Shown here: positions 1 through 9,941 of the stretch, piece after piece
Numbering within the stretch: the stretch's first letter is position 1
Layout: each line of letters opens with the position of its first letter
NCBI GenBank assembly: GCA_965215195.1
Contig: CBDCDC010000002.1
Location: 672,001 to 736,000, forward strand
Direction: 5' to 3'
Length of the DNA: 64,000 bases
Origin: Candidatus Latescibacterota bacterium
GTDB taxonomy: Bacteria > Latescibacterota > UBA2968 > UBA8231
Program-made: the position numbers and the translations under genes
Notes under the pieces: model-generated
Seen by the model: only the letters and a program-made list of their open reading frames with translations
The model's database searches: none
Told to the model about the DNA's origin: nothing

Positions 1-401
1 GCAATGGGTATGATGATACCTGCGCTGCTCTGGTTTCTCGCCTGCAAAACCTGCTCTACTACGGCGCCGCTCAGCCGCGGTTGGTCGCCTAGGCAAATCA
101 AGTAATCGGCGGCTCTATCCACCGCTCGCAGCCCGCATTGTACAGAGGAGAGCATACCCGTTTGATAGCCGGCATTGACAACCCAACGGACCGGATAAGC
201 GGCCAATACCGGGGCGATGTCTGTAGCGCGGTGGCCGAGCACCACCACCGTCTGGTCCAATCGCCGCCCCACGACCTCGGCGATCCATTCGATGGCCGCC
301 CGACCCCCCAAAGGCAATAGCTGCTTGAGCTGCCCCATGCGGGTGGACATGCCCGCCGCCAAAATGATGCCGGCCACCCGGCCCGTCTCATCTGTTCGCA
401 T
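1..401 (-). CDS. Nucleotidyltransferase, MocA/MobA-like molybdenum cofactor cytidylyltransferase family (runs off the window edge)
   Basis: Not in the ORF track. Manual translation from ATG at 401 gives MRTDETGRVAGIILAAGMSTRMGQLKQLLPLGG...VNAGYQTGMLSSVQCG...LICLGDQP, with the LAAGxSxRMG, KxLL, GMxSS and LGDQP motifs. Confidence 0.85.
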   Translation of the reverse strand, partial: MRTDETGRVAGIILAAGMSTRMGQLKQLLPLGGRAAIEWIAEVVGRRLDQTVVVLGHRATDIAPVLAAYPVRWVVNAGYQTGMLSSVQCGLRAVDRAADYLICLGDQPRLSGAVVEQVLQARNQSSAGIIIPI

Positions 402-440
402 CTACTTCAATCTACGTCCACAGGCGAATCGCGCCAATGC

Positions 441-1688
441 TCACGACCCCAACCGGCGACCAGCGAGAACGCCACTGGCCCAAGCCCATTGGAAGTTAAA
501 TCCGCCCAAGTCGGCGTGAATATCAACCATCTCACCGGCAAAATACAGGCCGGGCACCAAAAAGGATTCGAGCGTATCGGGATTGATGTCCTCGGTGCAT
601 ACGCCCCCGATCGTCACTTCGGCGTAGTCAAAGGGCCTCGGGCCGCTGACCGCGATCGGCCAATTCGTCAGGCACTGGGCGAGCTGCCAGCGCACACCCT
701 TGCCGAGTTGATCGACCCGCTGCGCCGCGTCAAACCCCAAATGATCCAACAGGGGCCGCACCAATTTACTGGAAAGCAGGCCGGCGAAACTCAGCGCTAG
801 CGAGCGATGGGGATGGCGCTGCCAGCGCTCTTTGAGCAATTGGCTGATTGCTTCCGGGCTGCGGCCGGGGAAGAAATTGACCCGCAGCACGGCGCGCTTT
901 GCCCCCAATTCGGGAACCAAGCGAGCGCTGAGGTTTAATATGGCAAACCCGGAGACCCCGTACTTCGTAAAGAGCAAGTCGTCTGTATCAACGGCCTCGC
1001 GCCCCCCTTTGAGCGCGACGCGCACCTCGGCTCGGACCTTAAGCCCCTGCACGCGGGCGACGTATTTTTCCGGGCTAATTAGCGGCACCAACCCGGGCTT
1101 GAGCTCGGTGAGCTGGTGCCCCATGGCCACGGCCAAGTCCATACCCGAGCGATCGGCCCCCAAGCGGGCGAGGCTGACGCCGCCGCTGGCCAATATCACG
1201 CGCGCTGCGGTGTAGCACTGCCCCGCGGCACCGCGCAACTCAAAGCGAGACGAGTTAGGGGCGCGGCCCATGTCCACCACCTTGGCATTGGTTTCGACGC
1301 GGACGCCTAGGCAGCGCATGCGGTCCGCGAGCAAATCGACGACCGCCTGCGCTTGATCCGACACTGGAAAGAGGCGCTGCCGTTTTTCTTCGCGGAACTC
1401 AATTCCTAGATCGGCAAAAAACGCCAAAGTTTCCTCTAAGCGGAATTGGTCGAGCGCGCTGCGGACAAAGCGCGGATGCGTACCGTGGTAGTGCCTGAGA
1501 TCGTCCGCCGCCCTATTCGTCAGATTGCAGCGTCCATTGCCTGAAATCAAGATCTTCCGCCCCAATTTTCCGCTGCCTTCAAGCAGGGTCACCTGCTCGC
1601 CCGCCTCCGCGGCGACAATCGCCGCTAACATCCCAGCGGCTCCCCCTCCGACCACTATGCAATCTCTTGATTTCAAGCCGATTTCCAC
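441..1688 (-). CDS. HI0933/YhiN/BaiN-family flavoprotein
   Basis: GGGAAG dinucleotide motif, GRKILISGNGRCNLTN, VTIGGV, GLYFAGE and GGFNFQWAWASG. Confidence 0.92.
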   Translation of the reverse strand: MEIGLKSRDCIVVGGGAAGMLAAIVAAEAGEQVTLLEGSGKLGRKILISGNGRCNLTNRAADDLRHYHGTHPRFVRSALDQFRLEETLAFFADLGIEFREEKRQRLFPVSDQAQAVVDLLADRMRCLGVRVETNAKVVDMGRAPNSSRFELRGAAGQCYTAARVILASGGVSLARLGADRSGMDLAVAMGHQLTELKPGLVPLISPEKYVARVQGLKVRAEVRVALKGGREAVDTDDLLFTKYGVSGFAILNLSARLVPELGAKRAVLRVNFFPGRSPEAISQLLKERWQRHPHRSLALSFAGLLSSKLVRPLLDHLGFDAAQRVDQLGKGVRWQLAQCLTNWPIAVSGPRPFDYAEVTIGGVCTEDINPDTLESFLVPGLYFAGEMVDIHADLGGFNFQWAWASGVLAGRRLGS

Positions 1689-1760
1689 ATGACTAAAGTT
1701 ATTATAAAAACAATGAGATAGAACGGTTTTATTTCCCCGGTCAAACCAAGCGTCTTTAGC

Positions 1761-1789
1761 TTGACATGACCTCGTTTATTCTCTATGTT
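1761..1789 (+). promoter_or_regulatory. sigma-70-type promoter
   Basis: TTGACA-17 nt-TATGTT upstream of the CDS at 1835. Confidence 0.5.
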
Positions 1790-1834
1790 GTCTAACTTTG
1801 GTAAATATAAAAACGCGCTGAGTCAGGATATTCC

Positions 1835-4156
1835 ATGGCAGACCTCACAGGAGCGGCGACGGACGAGCAACCGCTCGCGTCCACTAGCCAAAGCCAACCT
1901 CCGATTTTTCCCGCGCTCCACGAAGAAGTCGAAACCTCAATCTGCAAAGAGGGTATTTCCTTTGTCTTTGAAATCCGCTCTGTCTCGGCCGTCGTCCAAT
2001 TTATCTACACGCCCATTGATGGAACCTTCGCCGATATCGAGGTAGAAGTCAACAATGGCGACCCGATCAAACCGGCCGAAGATGGCGGGATTGCCGTGGA
2101 AATGGGCGGCTCAGTCTGGCCGGCTAACAGCGAAGAAGTAGAGCGGCACTTCATCTCCTGCGAGCAAGTCGGCGATTGCGTCGAAGCCCGCTGGCAGTGG
2201 AAGTTAGGCGAAGAACAAGCCAACTTCCTCTACCGGTTCCGCATCCGCGGCAAGTCCCTCGTCGTGGAAATTGAGGGCGGGCATGGCAAGGGAACCGGCC
2301 TCTCGCTCGGCCGAGTCACCGGGGCCTTGCATCCGCGCCTGATCACCATCCCTTATTTCAACTTCGGCGACAACTATCCGCGCATCCTCTGCACGTCAGG
2401 CTACTTCTTGTCTAGCTTCGTGGATTGGCACTATTCGCGAGCTTCCAGCCTGTACGCCCCGCCCGAAGCAGAGTCTCAGCGCCTCGTCCAACTCAACGGC
2501 GGCTGTAGCTACGCCAGCCAAGGCGACGGCAAGCGCAGCGATTTTCAGGAGCGCTGGCTCATAACGGTCTCCACCCAATACGAAGAAGTCCTCCCGTCCT
2601 TTTCCACGGTTGAGGTTGAGCGAAGCGAAACGCTAGCCGATTGGGTCTGGTACAACATCCCCTATATCGACGCCTCCCAAGAAAGCTACGTCGAGCTGTA
2701 CGAGAACATGCGCCAACTCAAGCTAATGGGCGTCGATCACCTGCTGCTCAATCACCCCAGCGAGACTTGGCACGATGGCGACGGCGACGCTGCGCTCGTG
2801 GTGGAAGGAGCCGAGGGTAAAGGCGGCGAAGATGCCCTCGGCGAGTACCTCGAGGCCCTGTCCGATCTGGGCTATAAAACCAGCCTCCAAGTCAACTACC
2901 GCCACATCGCCCCTACCAGCCCCTATTGGCGGCCCGAACTGGCGGCCCAGCTCGCCGATGGTGCCCCGACTCCGACCGGACCGGGGCTCTATTTGCTCAA
3001 GCCATCCGAGGCACTGGTACGCGCCCCCGAACACGCAAGTACCATCCTCGACAAATACCCCTGCGACGCGCTATACGTAAGTGAACACGCCGAGGTGCCG
3101 CATTGGGAATTCAACGACTTAGGCGACGCGTCAGCAACCGGCCACTTGGCGAGCAGCTATGCCCTGCAACAGAGCGTCCTCCGCTCCCAAGCCCAAGCCG
3201 GCTTGGCCATTGGCAGCGGCGGCAACCACTGGCTCTACGCTGGCGTCCTGACCGGCTATCTCGCCCGCATGGTCGGAGCCGACCCCAGCCGCATCCCACC
3301 GCTGGTGGATTTCGACCTGCAAAATCTCCATACCGTTGAGACCGATGCGGGTATAGGGACCATCGACCAGTACTTTGCTGGGCACATCCCCCAAGGCGAG
3401 AAACACAGCCGCAGTGCCTATCTCGACCGCTATCTCGCCGCTACCGCGGCCTTTGGCCACGCCTGTCTGCTCCCCGACCAGCTAGAGTGGGGCATCGCTT
3501 CTATAGCCAAGTCCTATTACATGCTGCGCGAACTGCAAAAGCACTATCTCCGCGTCCCGGTGCGCTCCATCGCCTACTGCCACAACGACCAGTTTCTGGA
3601 GACCAACGACGCGTTGCTTTCCGGTGCATTTGCCCAAGGACAGGTGCGGGTGACGTACGACAATGGCCTCGAAGTCTATGCCAACCTCGGCTGGGACCAG
3701 CCTTGGACCGTCCACCGGAATGATGCGGCCTACCACCTTCCCCCAGGCTCGTTTTGCGCCTATAAGGACTCATCCCTGCTGGTCTATTCGGCCGACGCCG
3801 GCGCGGGCCGCATAGACTACGCCTCTTGCGAGGACTATTTGTTCGTCGATACCCGAGGGCAACGGGGACAATTTGGCCCGGTCGAGCTCGACGGTGCCGC
3901 CGCCCTTAAAGAGCGCAAATGGGAAATCGACGTAGTGCCCTTTGGGTGCCAAGCCGATATAGTGATCGACGTAGGCCAGTTCTGGCCAGACCGCAAACTG
4001 CCCCCGTTGCGCCTTTTGGCCTTTAAGGACGAGGACGAGGCACCCGACATCTACCGCGCCGACATGGAAGGGGACCGCGTCCGCTTCAAGCCGCTGGAGG
4101 ACGTAGTCACCTATCGCATCGCCCTGCCCGAGTGGATGGTCGAACCCGGTCGCTAG
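1835..4156 (+). CDS. Hypothetical protein, glycoside-hydrolase-like (GH101/GH129/DUF5696-like) fold suspected
   Basis: 773-aa acidic ORF with a beta-rich N-terminus and a central TIM-barrel-like segment (GGEDALGEYLEALSDLGYKTSLQVNY); no signal peptide. Confidence 0.55.
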   Translation: MADLTGAATDEQPLASTSQSQPPIFPALHEEVETSICKEGISFVFEIRSVSAVVQFIYTPIDGTFADIEVEVNNGDPIKPAEDGGIAVEMGGSVWPANSEEVERHFISCEQVGDCVEARWQWKLGEEQANFLYRFRIRGKSLVVEIEGGHGKGTGLSLGRVTGALHPRLITIPYFNFGDNYPRILCTSGYFLSSFVDWHYSRASSLYAPPEAESQRLVQLNGGCSYASQGDGKRSDFQERWLITVSTQYEEVLPSFSTVEVERSETLADWVWYNIPYIDASQESYVELYENMRQLKLMGVDHLLLNHPSETWHDGDGDAALVVEGAEGKGGEDALGEYLEALSDLGYKTSLQVNYRHIAPTSPYWRPELAAQLADGAPTPTGPGLYLLKPSEALVRAPEHASTILDKYPCDALYVSEHAEVPHWEFNDLGDASATGHLASSYALQQSVLRSQAQAGLAIGSGGNHWLYAGVLTGYLARMVGADPSRIPPLVDFDLQNLHTVETDAGIGTIDQYFAGHIPQGEKHSRSAYLDRYLAATAAFGHACLLPDQLEWGIASIAKSYYMLRELQKHYLRVPVRSIAYCHNDQFLETNDALLSGAFAQGQVRVTYDNGLEVYANLGWDQPWTVHRNDAAYHLPPGSFCAYKDSSLLVYSADAGAGRIDYASCEDYLFVDTRGQRGQFGPVELDGAAALKERKWEIDVVPFGCQADIVIDVGQFWPDRKLPPLRLLAFKDEDEAPDIYRADMEGDRVRFKPLEDVVTYRIALPEWMVEPGR

Positions 4157-4160
4157 CGCT

Positions 4161-5192
4161 TTGTCCGATCCGTCCGCCCCCTTTCTCCAAGCCTGTCGGG
4201 GCCAAGTGCCAGCGACTCCTCCCATCTGGATCATGCGCCAAGCTGGCCGCATCCTCAAGCCGTACCGCGATCTGCGCCAGCGGCACGGCTCCCTACTCAA
4301 ACTTTTCAAAACTCCCGAGCTCGCCGCTGAAATTACCCTCATGCCGGTCGATCTGCTCGGGGTTGATGCGGCCATTCTCTTTACCGATCTGGTGACGCCC
4401 TTAGAGGCACTCGGCTGCGAGCTGACCTACGCGCCTGGCCCGGTTTTGGCCCGCCCAATCCGCTCCCCGGCCGACATCAACGGCCTCCGCAACCCCGTCC
4501 CGGAGGACGACCTCGCCTACGTCTTAGAAGCCGCACGGCTAGCGCACAACGCCCTGCCGCCAGCCATCCCGCTCATCGGGTATGCCGGCGGGCCTTTTAC
4601 CTTGGCCACTTGGCTAGTGGAAGGGGGCCACGCCAAGGACTTTCCGGCCTTTCGCCGCATGATCCACAGCAACCCCGCCCTCGCCCACCGGCTACTCGAC
4701 CTGCTCAGCGACCTCAGCGGCCGCTTCTTGCGCGCCCAGATCGAGGCCGGGGCCCAAGCCGTCCAGATATTCGACACTTCCATTGGCTTGTTGTCTCCGG
4801 CGCAATTCAACGAATTCGCCCTGCCCTATGTGCAGCGGGTTTGCCGCAGCCTCGCACCGCTGAATGCCCCGGTCATTTACTTTCCGCTCGCCGGGGCGCA
4901 AAACCTGTCCTGCTTTGGCCGCGTCGGTGCCCACGTCCTGAGCCTCGATTGGCGGATCGACTTAGATGCAGCTTACGGATTGTTCGGGGATACCATGCCT
5001 TTACAGGGCAATCTAGATCCCTGCGCCCTCTACGGCTCGGAGGCGAGCATTGCCGGGGCTGCCCAGCGCATTCTAGAGCAGGGCCGGGGCCGCCCTCACA
5101 TCTTCAACTTGGGGCACGGCGTCTATCCAGACACGCCTTGTGAAAAGGTCAAATTGCTAGTGGATGCGGTGCATCAGTTCGCGCAAACTTGA
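4161..5192 (+). CDS. hemE: Uroporphyrinogen decarboxylase
   Basis: PIWIMRQAGR, DAAILFTD, LIGYAGGPFTLA, QIFD, LQGNLDP and HIFNLGHG. Confidence 0.95.
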   Translation: MSDPSAPFLQACRGQVPATPPIWIMRQAGRILKPYRDLRQRHGSLLKLFKTPELAAEITLMPVDLLGVDAAILFTDLVTPLEALGCELTYAPGPVLARPIRSPADINGLRNPVPEDDLAYVLEAARLAHNALPPAIPLIGYAGGPFTLATWLVEGGHAKDFPAFRRMIHSNPALAHRLLDLLSDLSGRFLRAQIEAGAQAVQIFDTSIGLLSPAQFNEFALPYVQRVCRSLAPLNAPVIYFPLAGAQNLSCFGRVGAHVLSLDWRIDLDAAYGLFGDTMPLQGNLDPCALYGSEASIAGAAQRILEQGRGRPHIFNLGHGVYPDTPCEKVKLLVDAVHQFAQT

Positions 5193-5204
5193 GGGGGGCA
5201 GCCG

Positions 5205-5441
5205 ATGGAAAGCACAAAAAGCACAGAAAAAGGCATGACGCGACGGCACACCTTTTTCTGTATTAACAAAGACCGGCATACCGCTTCGTCCAAGGTCATC
5301 AACGCCCAGCGCAAGGAGATTAGCGTCTTCGGCCAGCGGGTGCGCGGCTGGATCGTGACCACCGAAGAGCCGGTCATCGACAAGGACATCTCCCTCGACG
5401 AATCAACCCAAGGAGCAATGCCCCACCGCGACCCGGAATGA
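5205..5441 (+). CDS. Small hypothetical protein (78 aa)
   Basis: G-rich Shine-Dalgarno before the ATG; fills the gap after hemE; plausible codon usage. Confidence 0.6.
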   Translation: MESTKSTEKGMTRRHTFFCINKDRHTASSKVINAQRKEISVFGQRVRGWIVTTEEPVIDKDISLDESTQGAMPHRDPE

Positions 5442-5453
5442 GGGCCCCAGTAC

Positions 5454-5936
5454 TTAGCGCACCCAAGAGAATTTGTTTTCCAACCAAGTGCCTATTTCTC
5501 GCGGCGGGTCGTTCCACTTCTCGCCTGGGCCGAGAAATTGCCCGCGGACATCCTCGCTGGTATCAAAGCCCGACCACAAGTCCGGGAACTCGTCGTGGAT
5601 CAAGGCCTCTACTTGGTCGCTTATGCCCTGCGCGTGGTAGGAAATAACCTCGTCGGCTTCGCTCTTGCCCAGTTCTTCAGTCAGATGTGCGGCCATCCCG
5701 CTACTGGCGACAAAGGTAAATTCAATGGCCGAGTCTTCGGTCAGCTTTAGGTCGATGCGGTAGGCCGGATAGCTCAGTTTTAACCCCAATACAGATAGCT
5801 GCAACTGCAACCACTCGGCTTCAGTGACCTCGCGCGTGCTATTCAGGGTGCTCCAGTGCAATTCAGCCCGAACCCCTAGGGGACTTAACAGGACCAACGC
5901 GAGGAGCGAACATATCGCCGTGCGGCTCAATGGCAT
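5454..5936 (-). CDS. Hypothetical exported protein
   Basis: Start moved to MPLSRTAICSLLALVLLSPLGVRA (signal-peptide-like, aaaggcgg upstream). The longer ORF overlaps the CBS gene. Confidence 0.7.
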   Translation of the reverse strand: MPLSRTAICSLLALVLLSPLGVRAELHWSTLNSTREVTEAEWLQLQLSVLGLKLSYPAYRIDLKLTEDSAIEFTFVASSGMAAHLTEELGKSEADEVISYHAQGISDQVEALIHDEFPDLWSGFDTSEDVRGQFLGPGEKWNDPPREIGTWLENKFSWVR

Positions 5937-5985
5937 TGCACAACCGCCTTTCAAGAAACTGGAGCTAGCCCAGCGACCAACTCCC

Positions 5986-6504
5986 TCAGGCTGCGGAGGA
6001 AAAGTTCTCTTCGATAAAACGGACGATGTACCTAAACGAGACCAAGCCAACCGGGCGGTCGTCATCGTCCAACAGCGGCACGTGGCGGAAGCCGTGGATA
6101 CTCATCAAATGCAGAGCATGCTGCACGGCCGCATCGGCTTTGAGCGCGGTGGGCCGCGGCGTCATCAGGCTCTCGACCGCGATCTGTTCCAGATTGCCGA
6201 TCAAGCCCGCCACCCGGTAGAGGACGTCGCGCTCGGTAAATATGCCAATTAGCTGCCCGCTCTCGCCGGTCACCAACACGCAACCGACGTGCCGCTCCTT
6301 GAGCAGCGAGATGACCTCGGCCAACGGGGTGGTTGGCGACACGCAGACCAGTTCCTGCGGATTGAGCGCGGAAAGCGGCTCGGTGAAAATTTCCTTGAAC
6401 TCCCCGCTTCCCCAATCTTGGTACGCTTCGCTCAGGCTCTGGCCGCACTCCTCGCAGAGGTCAACTCCAGAGATATTGTCGTGGGAACACGAAGGGCAAA
6501 TCAA
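5986..6504 (-). CDS. Zinc-ribbon plus CBS-pair protein
   Basis: CPSC...CEECG ribbon followed by two CBS repeats (GIFTERD, GFRHVPL); TTG start with an aggag RBS. Confidence 0.88.
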   Translation of the reverse strand: MICPSCSHDNISGVDLCEECGQSLSEAYQDWGSGEFKEIFTEPLSALNPQELVCVSPTTPLAEVISLLKERHVGCVLVTGESGQLIGIFTERDVLYRVAGLIGNLEQIAVESLMTPRPTALKADAAVQHALHLMSIHGFRHVPLLDDDDRPVGLVSFRYIVRFIEENFSSAA

Positions 6505-6515
6505 TGGCTCTTCTC

Positions 6516-7535
6516 CTATTCGACGACCCAAGTATCGCCCGCGCTAAACAGGGCCGCGAGATCGCCTGCACCCCGCTGTTGGGTCGTCGCGGCGACTTGG
6601 TCGAACAGCAACTCGGTGTAGGTCGGCCGGTCGAGGGCGCGCAGTACGCCAAAGGGCAGCGGCAGCAAGGGGTATTCCATTCGGCTGAGCATATAGGCGT
6701 AGCTGGCGTTTTCGCGCCCTTCGCGATGCACAACCAACTCGTCTGCGGCCACGTCGCTGAGCGCGACGACCTCGGGCTCGGTGCCGTTCATGCGAATGCC
6801 TCGGTCCCGGTCCTTGCCAAAGACGAGGGGCTGTCCCTCCTCCAAGAACACGATATTGTCGTCGCGCACGTCCGAATCCGTGGTGTGCTGCCAAGCCGTG
6901 GGGTTGAGCACGACGCAGTTTTGGTAGATCTCGACAAAGGCTGCGCCCTCGTGTTGGGCCGCTCGTCTGAGCACGTAGCTCAGGTGCTTGGTATTGGTGT
7001 CCTGCGTGCGGGCGACAAAGGTCGCTTCGGCACTCAGCGCCACGGATATCGGATTGAGCGGATAGTCAATCGACCCCATGGGGGTAGAGGTGGTGCGGTG
7101 CCCTAGCAGCGAGGTCGGCGAGTACTGGCCCTTGGTAAGCCCGTAGATGCGGTTGTTGAACAGAATAATTTTCAGATCGACATTGCGCCGGAGGCTGTGC
7201 AGGAGATGATTGCCACCAATCGAGAGCCCGTCGCCATCGCCGGTGATGACCCAGACGCTCAAATCTGGGTTGGCCGTCTTGATCCCGGTGGCGATCGTGG
7301 GTGCGCGCCCGTGGATCGAGTGAATGCCGTACGTATTCATGTAGTAGGGAAAGCGGCTAGAGCAGCCAATCCCAGAGACGAATACGATGTTTTCCCGCGG
7401 GACCCCCACTTCGGGCAGCATCTTTTGCATTTGGGCCAAAATCGCGTAGTCGCCGCACCCGGGACACCAGCGGACCTCTTGGTCGGAGACGAAATCCTTG
7501 CGGCTCAACCTAGTTTCTACAACAGCTTCGGCCAT
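6516..7535 (-). CDS. korB: 2-oxoacid:ferredoxin oxidoreductase beta subunit
   Basis: WCPGCGD, SGIGCSSR, HGRA, GDGDGLSIGGNH (TPP motif) and YGLTKGQYSPT. Confidence 0.95.
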   Translation of the reverse strand: MAEAVVETRLSRKDFVSDQEVRWCPGCGDYAILAQMQKMLPEVGVPRENIVFVSGIGCSSRFPYYMNTYGIHSIHGRAPTIATGIKTANPDLSVWVITGDGDGLSIGGNHLLHSLRRNVDLKIILFNNRIYGLTKGQYSPTSLLGHRTTSTPMGSIDYPLNPISVALSAEATFVARTQDTNTKHLSYVLRRAAQHEGAAFVEIYQNCVVLNPTAWQHTTDSDVRDDNIVFLEEGQPLVFGKDRDRGIRMNGTEPEVVALSDVAADELVVHREGRENASYAYMLSRMEYPLLPLPFGVLRALDRPTYTELLFDQVAATTQQRGAGDLAALFSAGDTWVVE

Positions 7536-7550
7536 CTCGAGCTCCCTGCT

Positions 7551-9425
7551 TTAGCTTAGCACTTGGCGAATTTTGTCGGCCACTTCCCGAATTTGGAAGG
7601 GGCATCCTTGGACCTTGTTCAGCTTGACGACGCGCACCGGGAAGTGCGCCTGGACCAACAGGGCCAATTGGCCGAGGTTCAGCTCGGGCACCAACACTTG
7701 CTTGTAGCGACCGAGCGCGTTGCCGAGGTTGCGGGGAAACGGGTTCAAGTAGCGCAGGTGCGCGCAGGCCACGTCGAAGCCCTCGCTGCGCACTTGCTCA
7801 ACGGCGGCGCGAATGGCACCGTAGGTTCCCCCCCAGCCCAAGACCAGCAGATCTCCTTGCTCGGGGCCGGTCACTTCCAGTTCGGGAATGAAGCGGGCAA
7901 TGCCGCGGATTTTGTCGGCTCGGACGTGGACGATGCGCTCGTGGTCTTCGGGCGCGTAGGAGACATTGCCCGTCACATCTTGCTTGCCCAAGCCGCCGAT
8001 CCGGTGCTCCATCCGCGGCGTCCCCGGCAAAACCCAGGGCCTAGCCAAGGTCTGCGGGTCGCGCATGTAGGGTTGGTACCCGTCGGGATCGGTGTACGGC
8101 TCGGCATCAATGGCCGCGATTGAATCTGGGTCTGGTATTTTCCACGGCTCGGAGTTGTTGGCCACGTACCCGTCGGACAGGAGAAAAACCGGCGTCATAT
8201 AGCGAATGGCAATGCGGAAGGCCTCGATGGCTATGTCGAAGCATTCGCCCGGGGTCGCCGGAGCAAGGACCGGGATCGGGCTTTCGCCGTTGCGTCCGTA
8301 GAGCACCTCCAGCAAATCGGCCTGCTCGGTCTTGGTGGGCAAGCCCGTGCTGGGGCCGCCGCGCTGGACATCAATGACCACCAGCGGCAGTTCCATAACT
8401 ACGGCCAAATTGATCCCCTCGCTCTTGAGCGCGATCCCCGGGCCGCTGCTGGCGGTAGCTGCGAGACTGCCGGCAAAGGCCGCGCCAATTACCGAGCCCA
8501 TGGCCGCGATCTCGTCCTCGGCTTGGAACGTCCGCACATCGAAGTTCTTCAGTGCTGCCAAGCCCTCTAGTATGGTGCTAGCTGGCGTGATGGGGTACGA
8601 GCCGTAAAAGAGCGGTTTGCCGGCCTTTTGCGCGGCCGTTACTAGCCCCAAGACGAGCGCGTCGTTGCCGGTGATCCGCTTGTACACCCCCGGTTCGACA
8701 ACCTGCCGCCTCGGCACCAAGACCTGTGTCTGAAAGGTCTCGGCCGTTTCGCCGTAGTAGTAGCCCGCTTTCAAGGCCCTCGTATTGGCCTCAACGACCT
8801 CGGGCCGGCCGGCGAACTTGGTCTCGTAAAACTTGAGCGTGTAGTCGAGCGGGCGGTCGAACATCCAAAACACCAAGCCCAAGACAAAGGCATTCTTGCA
8901 CCTGTCCTTCGCTTGGTTGCTCATGCCTTCGATGTCGGCGAGGGCATTGCGGGTCAGGGTGGTCAAGGGGACCGTATGCACGTCGTAGCCGCTGAGGCTG
9001 CCGTCTTCGAGCGGGTTTTTCTCGTACCCGGCCTTGCGGAGGCCATTGCGATTGAACGGATCGGTATTGACGATGATGGTCCCGCCCGGCTCGAGATCGG
9101 GCAAATTGGCCTTGAGCGCGGCCGGATTCATCGCCACCAGCACTTGGGGCGAATCGCCGGCCGTGTAGAGATCGTTGGCGGCAAAGTTGACCTGATAGCC
9201 GCTCAGCCCAGGGATGGTCCCAGCCGGGGCGCGGATTTCGGCGGGAATGTCGGGGAAAGTGCTGACATCGTTGCCCACCACGGCCGAAGTATTGGTAAAC
9301 TGCCCGCCGGTTAGCTGCATCCCATCGCCCGAATCGCCGGAAAATGAGATGACGACAGATTGGCGTTCTTCTTGCGAGTGCTCTCGCTTGCTTGTAGGTG
9401 CCGACAAGGCCACGATTTCGGCCAT
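7551..9425 (-). CDS. korA: 2-oxoacid:ferredoxin oxidoreductase alpha subunit (gamma-alpha fusion)
   Basis: GDSGDGMQL, YPITPAS, QAEDEIAA, SSGPG and QRGGPSTGLPTKTEQ; AAGGAGG RBS 8 nt before the ATG at 9425. Confidence 0.95.
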   Translation of the reverse strand: MAEIVALSAPTSKREHSQEERQSVVISFSGDSGDGMQLTGGQFTNTSAVVGNDVSTFPDIPAEIRAPAGTIPGLSGYQVNFAANDLYTAGDSPQVLVAMNPAALKANLPDLEPGGTIIVNTDPFNRNGLRKAGYEKNPLEDGSLSGYDVHTVPLTTLTRNALADIEGMSNQAKDRCKNAFVLGLVFWMFDRPLDYTLKFYETKFAGRPEVVEANTRALKAGYYYGETAETFQTQVLVPRRQVVEPGVYKRITGNDALVLGLVTAAQKAGKPLFYGSYPITPASTILEGLAALKNFDVRTFQAEDEIAAMGSVIGAAFAGSLAATASSGPGIALKSEGINLAVVMELPLVVIDVQRGGPSTGLPTKTEQADLLEVLYGRNGESPIPVLAPATPGECFDIAIEAFRIAIRYMTPVFLLSDGYVANNSEPWKIPDPDSIAAIDAEPYTDPDGYQPYMRDPQTLARPWVLPGTPRMEHRIGGLGKQDVTGNVSYAPEDHERIVHVRADKIRGIARFIPELEVTGPEQGDLLVLGWGGTYGAIRAAVEQVRSEGFDVACAHLRYLNPFPRNLGNALGRYKQVLVPELNLGQLALLVQAHFPVRVVKLNKVQGCPFQIREVADKIRQVLS

Positions 9426-9473
9426 GCACACGACCTCCTTAAAAAGAAAAAATCCTCGCCCCGCAGCCCATGC

Positions 9474-9941
9474 TCAAGCTCCCTCTTTGGTGCGGGCTAT
9501 GCGCTCGGGGTCAGGCGGCAGATTGTAGATGTCTTCGGGAAACTGATCGGTGAGAAAGCGGATGACCTCGTGTTGGGGCAAATTCCCCTTTATGCGGCCG
9601 TTTTCATCTACAATCGGCACGTTGCGGTAGTCGCCAGCGTTCATCAGCCGCAGGGCAAAACTGATCGGCTGCTGGGCATCCAAGCTATGCGGATCGCGGG
9701 TCATAAACTCGGCCACCGGCCGCGTCCACGTCGCCGGCTGGTCGGCCACCTTAGTGAGCGCATCGCGCTCGGTAAAAATCCCCACCAAGCGGCCGTCCTC
9801 TTCCACCAGCACGGCGCTGACGTGTTGGTGGCGCATTTTCTTGAGCGCTTCGACGACCGGGTCCTGCGGGTCGCACACCGCGTACCCGTCCAGATCCAGA
9901 TGGCCGATGACCTCTTCATGTAACTTCTGCACAACCTTCAT
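9474..9941 (-). CDS. CBS-domain protein
   Basis: Two CBS repeats (LVGIFTERD, MTRDP, YRNVPIVD). Confidence 0.9.
   Translation of the reverse strand: MKVVQKLHEEVIGHLDLDGYAVCDPQDPVVEALKKMRHQHVSAVLVEEDGRLVGIFTERDALTKVADQPATWTRPVAEFMTRDPHSLDAQQPISFALRLMNAGDYRNVPIVDENGRIKGNLPQHEVIRFLTDQFPEDIYNLPPDPERIARTKEGA

Noticed and set aside
98-391. 97-aa minus-strand ORF in the track
   Set aside because: Wrong frame; the real gene is the MocA-like frame starting at 401.
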